From positions 39,466 through 103,465 of the IMG/VR virus record IMGVR_UViG_3300045977_000235: a stretch of DNA of 64,000 bases; one strand, given 5' to 3'. The position numbers were made by a program, and so were the translations under genes. The notes under the pieces were generated by a model. That model was given only the letters and a program-made list of their open reading frames with translations. It was not told the origin of the DNA and ran no database searches. Shown here piece after piece: positions 1 to 10,351 of the stretch. The stretch is from a virus. Numbering within the stretch: the stretch's first letter is position 1; every line of letters starts with the position of its first letter.

Positions 1-2
1 AC

Positions 3-725
3 ATGACTGAACAAGAACTACTACCATTCTTATTGTTTAAGTGTCAAGTAGGATCTTACTTGTATGGTTGTAGTATTGATACAAGTGATACTGATTATAT
101 GGGAGTGTTTGTACCACCACTTGATTATACTTTCGGCTTTCAACATATTGAACATGTTGAATGTCGAACGAATCCATCATCTTCTGGCCGAAAAAATATT
201 CAAGAAGATAAAGATTGCATATATTTTACACTTCCTAAATTTATATTTCTTTGTATGAATGCAAGTCCTACATTATTAGAATTATTTTTTGTAAAAGAAT
301 TTGAATATTGTAATGAATATGGGCGATTGTTGTTACAAAATAGATCGTTATTCCTCAGTAAAAAGATCAAACAAACATTTCTTGGATACGTTAAATCACA
401 GCAAGAACAGCTATTCAAGGGTGATGCAATGTTGAATTATTACTACAATCCAAAAGTAGCGTACCATATAGTACGATTACTTGAAGAATGCTATCAACTC
501 TTGCATTATCAGTATATAAACTTTCCTCTTAAAAATGCTGCTGAACTACGAAAAATACGGTTAGGGATGCTTTCATTAAATAATTTAACCGATATAATAG
601 ATAATTATATGACTACAATCAATACAGTAGAAACATATCTTCCTGATGAACCAGATAAGAAAAATTTACAAGACCTTCAGAAGCGTATTATGTGGGACTA
701 TGCAGTAAAAGAGATGGATATATGA
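3..725 (+). CDS. Nucleotidyltransferase (DNA pol beta superfamily, RlaP/Nuc-transf-like)
   Basis: VGSYLYG-x5-SDTDY (GS...DxD) motif; C-terminal YHIVRLL...LRKIRLG...LPDEPD typical of this phage family. Confidence 0.8.
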   Translation: MTEQELLPFLLFKCQVGSYLYGCSIDTSDTDYMGVFVPPLDYTFGFQHIEHVECRTNPSSSGRKNIQEDKDCIYFTLPKFIFLCMNASPTLLELFFVKEFEYCNEYGRLLLQNRSLFLSKKIKQTFLGYVKSQQEQLFKGDAMLNYYYNPKVAYHIVRLLEECYQLLHYQYINFPLKNAAELRKIRLGMLSLNNLTDIIDNYMTTINTVETYLPDEPDKKNLQDLQKRIMWDYAVKEMDI

Positions 726-1108
726 ACAAATATTATCATGCACTCTCCTCTGTAAAAAAGTGGGGAGGTCACATAGACGACTATATGAAGTATCATGCAT
801 TCTTTGATCAAACTAAAAATCATATTGCAGATCAACGACACAGATTGATATTACATAACTCATTCGGTATTGATTTGTTAGAACAGACTTATGGTGTGTA
901 CTTTATTAATAGTGCTGGTAAAGAAGTACCAGTACGTAAAATAGGAGAGCAACATGTACTAGAAGATTTAGGACAAATACCCTCACTCTATGAGTGTTTG
1001 TTACACACTCCAGATCAATCATGGTTAGGTGGAATTATACGACATAGACAGTTAGTAATTGTATCAGATGACATATTTACACATGCATATGAAAAGGAGA
1101 ATCTATGA
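722..1108 (+). CDS. Conserved phage hypothetical protein (DUF6915-like)
   Basis: KWGG..DY..H.FFD.TK...D.RHR..HNSFG...VPVR.IGEQHV.ED.G.IP pattern; ATG at 722 overlaps the upstream stop. Confidence 0.65.
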   Translation: MNKYYHALSSVKKWGGHIDDYMKYHAFFDQTKNHIADQRHRLILHNSFGIDLLEQTYGVYFINSAGKEVPVRKIGEQHVLEDLGQIPSLYECLLHTPDQSWLGGIIRHRQLVIVSDDIFTHAYEKENL

Positions 1109-1491
1109 CTACTATATATATCGTTTCAGAAAAATTGTCAGAATATAATGATGAAGTCTATGTGTTTCATGAAGGTAATCAAGGGAAACCTATCAAAGCC
1201 TATACAAATAGAGAACCAGCAGAAGAATTGTGTTTCACACTAAACTGGCAATGGCTACTTGATAATGCAGATCCAGAGAAAAATGAATATTGCCAGTATG
1301 AATATCGTTTTGAAGATATGTTTTTTGGAAAAGCATGGGACTATCTACAAGACTATGAACTTACACATGAAAGTGATTTAATACGTTTTTCAGCAAAATG
1401 TACAGATTGTATTCCAATGGATGTTAAGAAGTACATTGCAGAACATTCAATTGCACCGTATTTGGTGATGGAGTGTACACTATATGGGTAG
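1105..1491 (+). CDS. Hypothetical protein
   Basis: AAGGAG RBS, ATGA coupling to the previous gene. Confidence 0.6.
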   Translation: MTTIYIVSEKLSEYNDEVYVFHEGNQGKPIKAYTNREPAEELCFTLNWQWLLDNADPEKNEYCQYEYRFEDMFFGKAWDYLQDYELTHESDLIRFSAKCTDCIPMDVKKYIAEHSIAPYLVMECTLYG

Positions 1492-1665
1492 TATGACAGA
1501 GTGGAGTGTGTGTTTGAAGGGTGAAATCTATCTGACCATCCAAGCACGGAGCAAAGAAGAAGCAATCAATTGTGCTTTTAAATGTATCAAGGAAGTACCA
1601 GGATACTTCAAAGTGAGAGAAACATTATGTGAGTCATTAGATTTCAAAGATGATGACGATGATGT

Positions 1666-1989
1666 ATGATCCAATTAAATTATTTAATAAGGAGTCCACC
1701 TATGTTTTTAGGAATACCATTTTTAGAAATATTGTTGATGTTACAAATCAGTTGTATGCCCCCAAATATAGAGGGCAATATGCTGGTGTTCAAAGAGTGT
1801 AGGGCATTGCATCCTGCGGTTATATCGTGTATGACTGTGGGCAACACAGAAGTCATATTTCGACACGATTTAATGATTATGGCCTATGATCCTGAACCTG
1901 GTAATCTCAAAGCTGGCTACTATGAACGTACTTCTCCGGCCACTTGTGAATGGAAATATACAAGCATGGAGAAGAAACAAGATACATAA
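1666..1989 (+). CDS. Hypothetical protein (likely start 1702)
   Basis: TAAGGAG RBS directly after the palindrome at 1674-1688, before ATG at 1702. Confidence 0.5.
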   Translation: MIQLNYLIRSPPMFLGIPFLEILLMLQISCMPPNIEGNMLVFKECRALHPAVISCMTVGNTEVIFRHDLMIMAYDPEPGNLKAGYYERTSPATCEWKYTSMEKKQDT

Positions 1990-2177
1990 TGAAAGGAAAG
2001 AACTATGGAACCAAAAGATGTTGTACCCTATCTTCAGAAGAAAATTGAAAAACTATTCAAAGAACCACCTGCTCTATTGAAGGAACCTTATTTATTCTAT
2101 ACGCTTGCTTCTATCCCATTGTGTATTGTAGGAGGAACACTACTCTATCGTTTACTCTGTAAGAAGAAAGATACCGT

Positions 2178-2504
2178 GTGAAATACACATACCAGTACGT
2201 GTACGTGCTATCATTATTACTCCTGAGTATATTCTTTTCTCCTGTATCTTCTGCTACACTAACATGGACGTATAATGATAATCTTCATGAAGGATTTATC
2301 ATTTTTCGACGACAAGCAGGTACAGGATACATATGGCAAGAAATACAGAGAGTGGATAAAAACACGCTCAAATATGTGGATCAACATAATGATGTGTTGT
2401 ATTGCTACTATGTCAAAGCCTATGCTGGTACACGTATATCAGCACGGAGCAATATAGCATGTATGACGGTAATCAATCCTACAGATTTGGTGATACAAGA
2501 ATAG
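2178..2504 (+). CDS. Secreted single fibronectin type III-like domain protein
   Basis: Signal peptide, then TLTW..N..EGF.I.R...W..I..V..N...YVD...YCYYVKAY...S..SN.AC FN3 pattern. Confidence 0.65.
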   Translation: MKYTYQYVYVLSLLLLSIFFSPVSSATLTWTYNDNLHEGFIIFRRQAGTGYIWQEIQRVDKNTLKYVDQHNDVLYCYYVKAYAGTRISARSNIACMTVINPTDLVIQE

Positions 2505-2570
2505 AGACAAGTTCCTTGTCTCTTAAAAAGAGATAAAATTTCGGGGAACATAATATATATAAAAATAATT

Positions 2571-2602
2571 ATGGAGAGATAAATATATCTCTCCATTTTT
2601 TT
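2571..2602 (+). terminator. Rho-independent terminator ending the + strand block
   Basis: ATGGAGAGATA-aata-TATCTCTCCAT followed by a T-tract. Confidence 0.7.
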
Positions 2603-2639
2603 CTTTGAAAAATTCTAGTGAATAGTGGTATTAAATTAT

Positions 2640-3570
2640 TTAATTTTTAAAATATTTTTACAAAAAATTTTAGAAAATTTTTAGAAAATTTTTAGACAAA
2701 AAACAAATATACACTCGCCCTGACCCCCTCTGTCATTTATTTGACAGACCCCCTGAGCCATAGTCACATAGCTAAACGCCTATGCATCTATCATCTCTTT
2801 TTTATATTAGACCTTAGCTATACATCTATATGGTCCTTCGTTATACATCTAATAAGACCTTAGTTAAGTACCTATATGTTATATAGCTAAGGACCATATA
2901 AGTATATACACATATAGCTAAGGACCGATATGTATACTAAAAGTCTAAAATGAGAATGAGAATCACTATGAGTCCTTAGTTAAACACCTATATATTCTCT
3001 GTATCATAATGATACAGTATTACATATGTATTACATTGTGTATAACATGTATTACATATGTAATATCATCTGATATTATCAGATATATATACTCTTTTAT
3101 CTGATAATAGTACCATGTATTACACCATATAATATATGTAATATATAAATACACTCTACATATTTTACAAAGTAAAAGCTTACATATAGCGTGTTACGTA
3201 TACGTAACATACTAAACGTTTACACAGTACATAATATGTAAACGTTATGATACGTTTACATAATAACGTAAACGTATTGATACATAGTGCATACGTATGC
3301 ATACGTAGTAATATGTAAACGTTATAGTATCTTTATGTTATAAACAACGTTGTTTACGTATACGAAACACCATACACGTATGCATATGGTGTCTTATGTA
3401 AACAACAAAGCACAATACAATACTAAGGTATACATATATGGTGTTATATATACATATGCTTTCATATGAAAGCACTATACTCTATATGTAAACATTATGT
3501 ATCATTCGTTTACTTAGTAAACGTTTACACTCTATATGTATACATATATAGTAATACGTAAACGTTATAG
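2640..3570. repeat. Left non-coding motif array (A-tract repeats, TGTCA-N6-TGACA box, GACCTTAG/CTAAGGAC repeats, GTAAACGTT/TACGTA palindromes)
   Basis: No credible ORF; TAGAAAATTTT tandem at about 2660-2695; box at 2731-2746; AGCTAAGGACC at 2885 and 2916; TGTAAACGTTAT-type repeats at 3235-3570. Confidence 0.7.
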
Positions 3571-4167
3571 GATATATGTCTCTTTTTATCTTCTCTTATT
3601 CTATTATTATCCTCTCTTTATATATTATATAGAGGATAGTATCGTATGTTATGCTCTTATTAGTAGAGCATATATGCTCTCTTATAAAGAGCATAGTGTA
3701 TCTGTAGTACTTATAGAGAAAGAGAGTATTACTATAGAACATAGGCGATTAAATTATTTAATCTGTAGTCTTGTAGTGTGCTCTTATGGTGTAGTAAATA
3801 CGTAGTCTACAATATGCCTCTATAATGCCGTTTTTTATGTATACGTATTGAAAATAAGACGTTTTTTTAATAGGTGAGTATGTTTGTATGTCTTTATTAA
3901 AAAACAAGCTATATGCTCGTATAAGAGCATTATTGACATATACACGTTTTATACAAGATCTGTATAAACCTTATACAAGTCTTATATAAATCTTGTATAA
4001 GACCTATACATAATGACAAATCATTATCAATACATAGCAAAATGAAAGAGCATAAAAACAAGGTGAGTTTACAAAGTAAACTCTACAAGTACATATAGAC
4101 TCTATACAAGAGTCTTGTACTTGCTCTTATGCTCTTATAGCTTTACTTGCTTATTTCATAAGCAAGT

Positions 4168-4626
4168 TTATTGCTTATACAAGACACCATACACGAATCC
4201 TGTACTATCTTCTATGATACATATACTATGGTATGGTTCTAAACATGGGTATATTTCCATGTCATCTATATCTATCTCAATTTCTGTTACTGTACCGTTT
4301 TCTCCTAAAGCAATTATTTCCCCTATACCATCTAAAGACAATAGATGAAAATAAGCAACATATGCTTGCTCATTTTCATATTTACCTGGAGAAACAATCC
4401 TACCATCTACTATTCTATAGTCTTTTTCTATTTGCTCTTTTAATGTTTGCCCGAATTTTTCATTGTGTAGCATATGCTCTTTTTCCTCTCTTTTAATTGT
4501 TTCTTGTAGCTCTTGATAGAGTCTTATGTCGTTACCATATGGATCATCATACTCTGCATTTTCATGGTAGAGCATACTGTTATCCTCTCTTGACAATGGC
4601 ATAGTGTAGTAGTCAAAGTACTGCAT
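4168..4626 (-). CDS. Hypothetical early-region protein
   Basis: GAGGA RBS; acidic phage-like protein (SPGKYENE...Y pattern). Confidence 0.6.
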   Translation of the reverse strand: MQYFDYYTMPLSREDNSMLYHENAEYDDPYGNDIRLYQELQETIKREEKEHMLHNEKFGQTLKEQIEKDYRIVDGRIVSPGKYENEQAYVAYFHLLSLDGIGEIIALGENGTVTEIEIDIDDMEIYPCLEPYHSICIIEDSTGFVYGVLYKQ

Positions 4627-4851
4627 TGCTCTGTATCCTCTCTTGTATTAAGTACCGCAAATAATACAAGGATAATAGATGCAATGCTTGTTTGTTACGT
4701 TGTACTGTACTTTACAAGCAGTACAAAGCATACAATCTGTACATTGATACTGTTTTGCTTTGCAGTCTTTTTCCTCTGGTACATCGCTTGCTTGCTCTTT
4801 TTGTTGAGCAAGCAATAAGTGTAGTTTATTGAGACTTATTTGCATTGTCTT

Positions 4852-5130
4852 TTATCCTCTATAGGCGAATTTTTTATCTGTCGTATAGTAGACGTACTGC
4901 GCCAATCTTTCCTTGTAGTTTCGTAGTATGCCTCTGTTTATATTGTCTTGAGTCCATCTGCTTTGTTTGTCATATGATGGTATGCTTGTATGGCAGAGTT
5001 TTTTAAACATGCTATATGCTTTATTAGAAGCAATTTCCAGAGTATCACAAGACTCTATATCCTTGTATGTTATCAAGTCTTGTGTACTTGCTACACTGTA
5101 CCCTAAAGCATAGTGTGTTTTCTGTGACAT
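4852..5130 (-). CDS. Hypothetical protein, paralog family A
   Basis: Y..GYS...AS.QDL ... KLC ... GI..NY..R shared with the two upstream ORFs. Confidence 0.6.
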   Translation of the reverse strand: MSQKTHYALGYSVASTQDLITYKDIESCDTLEIASNKAYSMFKKLCHTSIPSYDKQSRWTQDNINRGILRNYKERLAQYVYYTTDKKFAYRG

Positions 5131-5206
5131 TGTAAAAGTATCCTCTATAAATTGTTGTTTTATATGTTGCTCTATACACTTGCTTATAAAACAACATATA
5201 CACTTG

Positions 5207-5536
5207 CTACAGACTTGCTTGTAGTCTGTTTATTCTACTTGTGTAATTTGCCCGAATTCCTCTCACTATGCCACAAGAGTACACACTAAAGACGTTATAC
5301 TGTCTTGTCTCTTGTAGTGTCTTGAGTACCTTATACAATGCATCTGCCATTGTATCGAATTCAGTATAGCAGAGCTTATAGAATACCTCTCTTGCTTCTA
5401 AAGACGTTGTAATAGTACCGTAGTGTGACCATGTTACAGTATAAGGTACTTGTTTCCCTTGTATGATTAAATCTTGCCAAGACGCAATTGCAAAGCCTTG
5501 ACTATATCCTTGTCTGTAGATGTCTCTTTTTGTCAT
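5207..5536 (-). CDS. Hypothetical protein, paralog family A
   Basis: YRQGYSQGFAIASWQDL...FYKLCY...GIVRGIRANYTSR; AAGGA RBS before MTKRD. Confidence 0.65.
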   Translation of the reverse strand: MTKRDIYRQGYSQGFAIASWQDLIIQGKQVPYTVTWSHYGTITTSLEAREVFYKLCYTEFDTMADALYKVLKTLQETRQYNVFSVYSCGIVRGIRANYTSRINRLQASL

Positions 5537-5600
5537 GCGCTTTTTTCCTTGTCGTGTTATAAAGAGCATATGATAGACATATGCTCTTGCTCTTGTTTGC

Positions 5601-5951
5601 TTACTTACTCTTTAATGCTTTTATCCTCTCTTTATAGTTTTTCTTAATACCTGCCGCTATACCATCATCAAAAACAAGCCAGACATCATAAGATTTGCTT
5701 TCTTGTGTCTCGTTTAATGCTTGTGCAGTAAACTCGAAAGGTGAGTATTCTCTATTCATTTCCTCTGCATCATAGCAGAGCAAGTAAAACAGATCTTCTC
5801 TGTCTGTATTGTCGTTTACAGTCTCAATACAAGCATTGTAGATGTGTTTAGGTACTTTATCACCTATAGATGGTAAGTCTTGATAGGATGCTATCATGTA
5901 ACCTCTACTGTACCCTATGCTGTAAATGTATCGCTTATTCATTATTTGCAT
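5601..5951 (-). CDS. Hypothetical protein, paralog family A
   Basis: YSIGYSRGYMIASYQDL...FYLLCY...GIAAGIKKNYKER. Confidence 0.65.
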   Translation of the reverse strand: MQIMNKRYIYSIGYSRGYMIASYQDLPSIGDKVPKHIYNACIETVNDNTDREDLFYLLCYDAEEMNREYSPFEFTAQALNETQESKSYDVWLVFDDGIAAGIKKNYKERIKALKSK

Positions 5952-6182
5952 ACCTCTTGCTGTATTGTGTGCATTCTCTGTCGTAAAGAATCAAGTACCT
6001 TGCCAGTGTAACAATGAAACGATGGTATAGTGTCTGTAATGCTTGTTTGCTCTATATAGTACCTTTCCATTGCATATTGATAACACTCTACTCCTACCAT
6101 GCAAAACAAGTCTGCAATGTATCCTCTATAAGTACTTTTCTTGCTTTCATAGTGGTCAATTGCTTTGCGTGCTATTGTCTCG

Positions 6183-6371
6183 TTACTGCTCTGCATTGTT
6201 GAGTATCCTACGATAGATGATTCTGTAGTATGCTGTATACGGTGCATTTATACGGTAGTCTTTTAGATTGTCTCTTGCTTCTTTTCTGCTTTCACTACAG
6301 CAAAGATCTTCCCACCTATCATAAAAACCTTGGACAACGTAGCAGTACAAGTACTTGTTTGCTCTTTTCAT
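6183..6371 (-). CDS. Small hypothetical phage protein
   Basis: AAGGA RBS; YVVQG...WED......EA...LKDYR.N pattern. Confidence 0.55.
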   Translation of the reverse strand: MKRANKYLYCYVVQGFYDRWEDLCCSESRKEARDNLKDYRINAPYTAYYRIIYRRILNNAEQ

Positions 6372-6548
6372 TGTGTGCTCTCTTTCCTTGTAGGATTAAA
6401 TTATTTAATCTGTACTGTGCTCTGTACCGTACTTACTTGTTACGGTACAGAGTATGCTTTTTTCGCTCTACAATGCCTCTATTTTACGTTGTAATGTTTG
6501 CCCTATACTTTCCTATGCTCTCATGAGAGCAATGCACTATAGAGCATT

Positions 6549-6956
6549 CTAGGCTGTTTTTTCGGCCATTGTAGACGTATATGCTTGTGGCACAGTAAAG
6601 AGCTTGCTTGTATCTTTACGCCAGACATAAGCGCCAGAGTGCAAGCAATTATCGTATATATAGAAGTAATCAATTGCTTTGTACTCTGGCGTATCAATTG
6701 CAAGTCTCTTGCCGTTTACGACATAAGAAAACACAAGCTTATGCCATATGTCTTTAGCTTTACAGTCTTTATATCCTCTAATGTACTCTTTCATGTATAA
6801 AGGTAGTCTATTATAGTCATCTGTCATTAGTACAATTTCCAGATACTTGTTAGTAATCTGCTTGCCAGAGTAACAGTAAAGCTCTGCATTGCAGTATATA
6901 TCATCTATACGTGCTAGCATTCTGTCTTTTATGTTGAGCATTCTATCTTTACGCAT
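6549..6956 (-). CDS. Hypothetical early-region protein
   Basis: GAGGA RBS; tightly packed in the - strand gene run. Confidence 0.55.
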   Translation of the reverse strand: MRKDRMLNIKDRMLARIDDIYCNAELYCYSGKQITNKYLEIVLMTDDYNRLPLYMKEYIRGYKDCKAKDIWHKLVFSYVVNGKRLAIDTPEYKAIDYFYIYDNCLHSGAYVWRKDTSKLFTVPQAYTSTMAEKTA

Positions 6957-7200
6957 TGCTTTTGTTTTCCTCTTGTAGAGCTTGTCTGCATTCTACGAAT
7001 TTTACATTGTTAGTGTTTAGGTAGTGAGTAAGCAAGTATTCGATATAGTCTATAGTCTCAAGATTGCTATGCATATTGAGACTTTCTCTTGCCACAATAA
7101 GAGCTTTATCAATGGCTCTTACTAAAGCTCTATAGTCTGCATTATATCGTTTCATAATAAGACTCGTTACTACCTTTGTGCTCTTTAATAATATCGCCAT
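6949..7200 (-). CDS. Hypothetical protein (start probably about 7158)
   Basis: Overlap coupling with neighbouring ORFs. Confidence 0.45.
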   Translation of the reverse strand: MAILLKSTKVVTSLIMKRYNADYRALVRAIDKALIVARESLNMHSNLETIDYIEYLLTHYLNTNNVKFVECRQALQEENKSNA

Positions 7201-7351
7201 TCTCTAATAAGTAAACGCTTTCATTGGCACATCTACCATATGCAGACTTACTATGGTCAAGGTATATGTTAAACGTCAACAGAGCTTGTCTTTTATTGTT
7301 TGTCGTAAAGACGAATCCTACGTTACCAACTAGCACACTATACCGATCCAT
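7142..7351 (-). CDS. Hypothetical protein
   Basis: AGGGAAAG RBS; YSV.VGNVG.V pattern. Confidence 0.55.
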   Translation of the reverse strand: MDRYSVLVGNVGFVFTTNNKRQALLTFNIYLDHSKSAYGRCANESVYLLENGDIIKEHKGSNESYYETI

Positions 7352-7421
7352 TTTGCTTTCCCTTATATGATGCTATCATGGTACTTGCTTATGATTTGCT
7401 ATACCATGATAGCGTTTTGCT

Positions 7422-7703
7422 TTAGTTCTCTACACTGTAGAGCTTTCTTGCTTTATACTTCTTAACAAGGTTATTGTACTCTCTTGCTTGTAAATGCAAT
7501 TGCTCTATAGGCAATATATCCTCTCTTATTAAGTCATGTTCAAGATTACTCGTTTGGCTTGTATTTGTCTCGTAACAAGACTCTACTCTATAGCATTCCT
7601 CTTGCGTGTTATAGTGGTATACCATAACGAGTCTATAAGGTTTACCATCTGTATCATTATTCCTACGTACTACTTGATAGAACCAGATATTACTTTGTGC
7701 CAT
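7422..7703 (-). CDS. Hypothetical protein
   Basis: AAGGT RBS; packed ORF. Confidence 0.55.
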   Translation of the reverse strand: MAQSNIWFYQVVRRNNDTDGKPYRLVMVYHYNTQEECYRVESCYETNTSQTSNLEHDLIREDILPIEQLHLQAREYNNLVKKYKARKLYSVEN

Positions 7704-7709
7704 TATGCT

Positions 7710-7997
7710 TTACCTTTCCCTTGCCATTGATAGGATCTGCAAATAATCTACTTGCGATTCGATAGCATGAGATACTAGATCCATGATAAACCAAGCATTG
7801 TGTAACATATGGGTCTGCATTTTAGGAGGTATTGTCTTTTCTACTTCTTGCTCTATATAGTTTTTCAATGTCGATACTTTATCCTCTCTTGTACTTTTTG
7901 CTAGTTTTTCCAGATACGGTAAATGTACCTTGTCATTATTTAACCATAGGCTAACAATGAAAGTCTCAAAATTTGTCATACTCTGGTATTCTGCCAT
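7710..7997 (-). CDS. Hypothetical phage protein
   Basis: TNFETF.V.LWL.ND pattern seen in small phage/mobile-element proteins; AGGA RBS. Confidence 0.55.
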   Translation of the reverse strand: MAEYQSMTNFETFIVSLWLNNDKVHLPYLEKLAKSTREDKVSTLKNYIEQEVEKTIPPKMQTHMLHNAWFIMDLVSHAIESQVDYLQILSMARER

Positions 7998-8224
7998 TGT
8001 TTGCTTTTCCTCTATTTGTCGTTACCGTATACGCAAGTCTGCTCTTTTACTACTTCCATATGCAATGTATGCATTCTCGTTTCATAGTAAATATTCATAT
8101 GCATAATAGCGGCATATGACAGTACTACAAAAAGAGCAAGTACACTTGTCTTGATAGCAAATAGCATTTTGTTTTCCTTGTGTAGTGAGAGCATAGCAAG
8201 CAAGTACTATGCTCTCAGATTAAA

Positions 8225-10246
8225 TTATTTAACCTCTTTATAGAGAATAGCATACATATGTACTGGGATTTGTTTATGATACTTGCGTAACATTTTCAAT
8301 GCCGCAGTAATCTGTTTACTTGTTAGCTTGTCTCTTTCAGCAAGAGATCTGCCAAATTTGCCGTCTAATTTGTTGTATCCTATATCATTCTTCTCTGTAG
8401 CTTGATCCAGGTTTCGATTGTCCAGAAAACGACAAGCAGAAAGTACCGTATCATGGATCTGCTTTGTATACGTTACCTCTTGCACCGTAGTCTGTACCGT
8501 AGTTTTTCCTACTGTGCTCTGCAATACCGTGTTTTTGGTGTCTGGCGTAGTCTGTACTGCGTTTTGTTTCTCTACCTTGCCAGAGTATAGGGTACTTGAT
8601 TTGCTATGCTCAGATTGGCTTGTAGAGCTTTTTTCTCGTATAGGTTTATCCTCTCGTATCGTGACCTTGTTATCAAGTACTGCGTTTATAACACGGTACT
8701 TGTTAATAAAAGCTCTGATAAAAAGATTGTCCAGAGTGTTAGGTATTACAAGGTACTGTGCTAGTACTGCGTTTTTCTGTCCTATACGTAACAGTCTATC
8801 CTCTGCTTGTATGTTCAATAATGGTGACCATTCTGCCTCTACAAAGATTGCAATAGATGATCTAGTAAGCGTAAAGCCTACGCCTATCGCTCCTATAGTG
8901 CCTACAAGTACTACTATTTGTCCATCTTGAAATTGTTCTATAGTCTCTTGTCGTTTCTTAGGTGACACACTACCATCTAAAAAGATAGTATTAAAGTACT
9001 CTGCAATTTTAGCACCAACCTCTTTATGGTGAGTAAAGATTACTAATGGTGTAGTACTGCTCTCTTGTACTACCTTTATATGTTCTATAGCAGGATTAAC
9101 TTTTGCTTTGCCAAGTTTTGCTCTTTCCTCTGCTATATCCTCAAAACTTATCTTGTACTTGCGTAATACTTCTTGAAAAGTATCTGGATCTAGATCTGTT
9201 AATTCCTCTATATTGAAAGGTAAGCTACTATCTTTATATGTCGATTGTAGCTCTATTATTTGCCTTGTCTTTTCTGGCAAATCTTTTAGAACTTCGTCTT
9301 TAGTCCTACGAATCATAATTTTACTGCGTAGTAAGCTCTGCAATTCGGATTCGTTACTACTACCTTTATTATTCCAACCATACCGACCTTGACTAGCAGA
9401 GCAATACCTTTTTTCGTAGTATGATTTGCTATCGAATAGCTTTGCATTATGAACAATCGGCCATAGTTCTATAGGACGATTCAAGACAGGAGATCCTGTC
9501 ATATATAGTACTTGTGTACCATACTCAACAATGCCATTGATAGCAGGTATTGTATTGTATGTTCTGGTAATCGGATCGAATTCCTTATGTTCTGGTTTTC
9601 CTATAATTGCTTTAGTACGTTGTATATCTGGATTCTTTAGTAAATGGGATTCGTCACAGATTACTAGATCCCAAGGATGACAGAGCTTGTCATATAAAGC
9701 TACAGCAAGATCGTAGCTTATGATAACAATACCGCTATCTGCTACTCTGTCAGTACTTCTTGTTACAAGACAATACTTGTGTGCATCTACAAGCCAAGAA
9801 AAAGACTCGTATAACCAGTTAAGCTTGAGACTACTAGGGCAAACAATCAAGATGTCTTGATAACCTTTATAGTTTATCAAGCCAAGAGCTTGAATAGTCT
9901 TACCAATTCCCATGTCGTCAGCAAGTAGACATACTGGCTTGTCAAGCAAGTATTCTATACCTGCTATCTGATACGAGTAGTATTGCTTGTCTGCATTGCA
10001 TGGTACTTGTAGATTGCTTGTAGTAGCATAGGACGCTTTTAAGGTATTGATAAACGGTAGCAGATTGTCTCTTGTTTCCTTGTCTGCATATGCAATTAGA
10101 TGCATAGCATTCGCGGCATTAGTGGTATACCATACCTTTCTGGCATAGTCGAAACGCATATTTGCCTTGTGTGCTAGCATTCTCTCGTTATAGTCGCAAG
10201 TAAAGACATACTCCGAATCTTTCATTGTTAGTATAGGATCTGCCAT
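8225..10246 (-). CDS. SNF2/SWI2-family (HARP/SMARCAL1-like) helicase-ATPase
   Basis: LLADDMGIGKT (I), LVICDESH (II), MTGSPVLNRPIELW (III), GVGFTLT (V), QAEDRLLRIGQ (VI); GAGGT RBS before MADPIL at 10246. Confidence 0.9.
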   Translation of the reverse strand: MADPILTMKDSEYVFTCDYNERMLAHKANMRFDYARKVWYTTNAANAMHLIAYADKETRDNLLPFINTLKASYATTSNLQVPCNADKQYYSYQIAGIEYLLDKPVCLLADDMGIGKTIQALGLINYKGYQDILIVCPSSLKLNWLYESFSWLVDAHKYCLVTRSTDRVADSGIVIISYDLAVALYDKLCHPWDLVICDESHLLKNPDIQRTKAIIGKPEHKEFDPITRTYNTIPAINGIVEYGTQVLYMTGSPVLNRPIELWPIVHNAKLFDSKSYYEKRYCSASQGRYGWNNKGSSNESELQSLLRSKIMIRRTKDEVLKDLPEKTRQIIELQSTYKDSSLPFNIEELTDLDPDTFQEVLRKYKISFEDIAEERAKLGKAKVNPAIEHIKVVQESSTTPLVIFTHHKEVGAKIAEYFNTIFLDGSVSPKKRQETIEQFQDGQIVVLVGTIGAIGVGFTLTRSSIAIFVEAEWSPLLNIQAEDRLLRIGQKNAVLAQYLVIPNTLDNLFIRAFINKYRVINAVLDNKVTIREDKPIREKSSTSQSEHSKSSTLYSGKVEKQNAVQTTPDTKNTVLQSTVGKTTVQTTVQEVTYTKQIHDTVLSACRFLDNRNLDQATEKNDIGYNKLDGKFGRSLAERDKLTSKQITAALKMLRKYHKQIPVHMYAILYKEVK

Positions 10247-10351
10247 TGTAAATATACCTCTTATTAAACGCAGTAAAGAGAGTAGCATAGTGTACCTTGT
10301 CATTATTAAGGTACAAGGTACAAGGTAAATGTACCTTGTACCATGCCATTG

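Noticed and set aside
2760-3570. Possible CRISPR array
   Set aside because: Repeats are short (8-13 bp), in both orientations and irregularly spaced; there is no constant repeat-spacer period. The Cas4-like gene at 54315 lies in the recombination cluster with no other cas genes.
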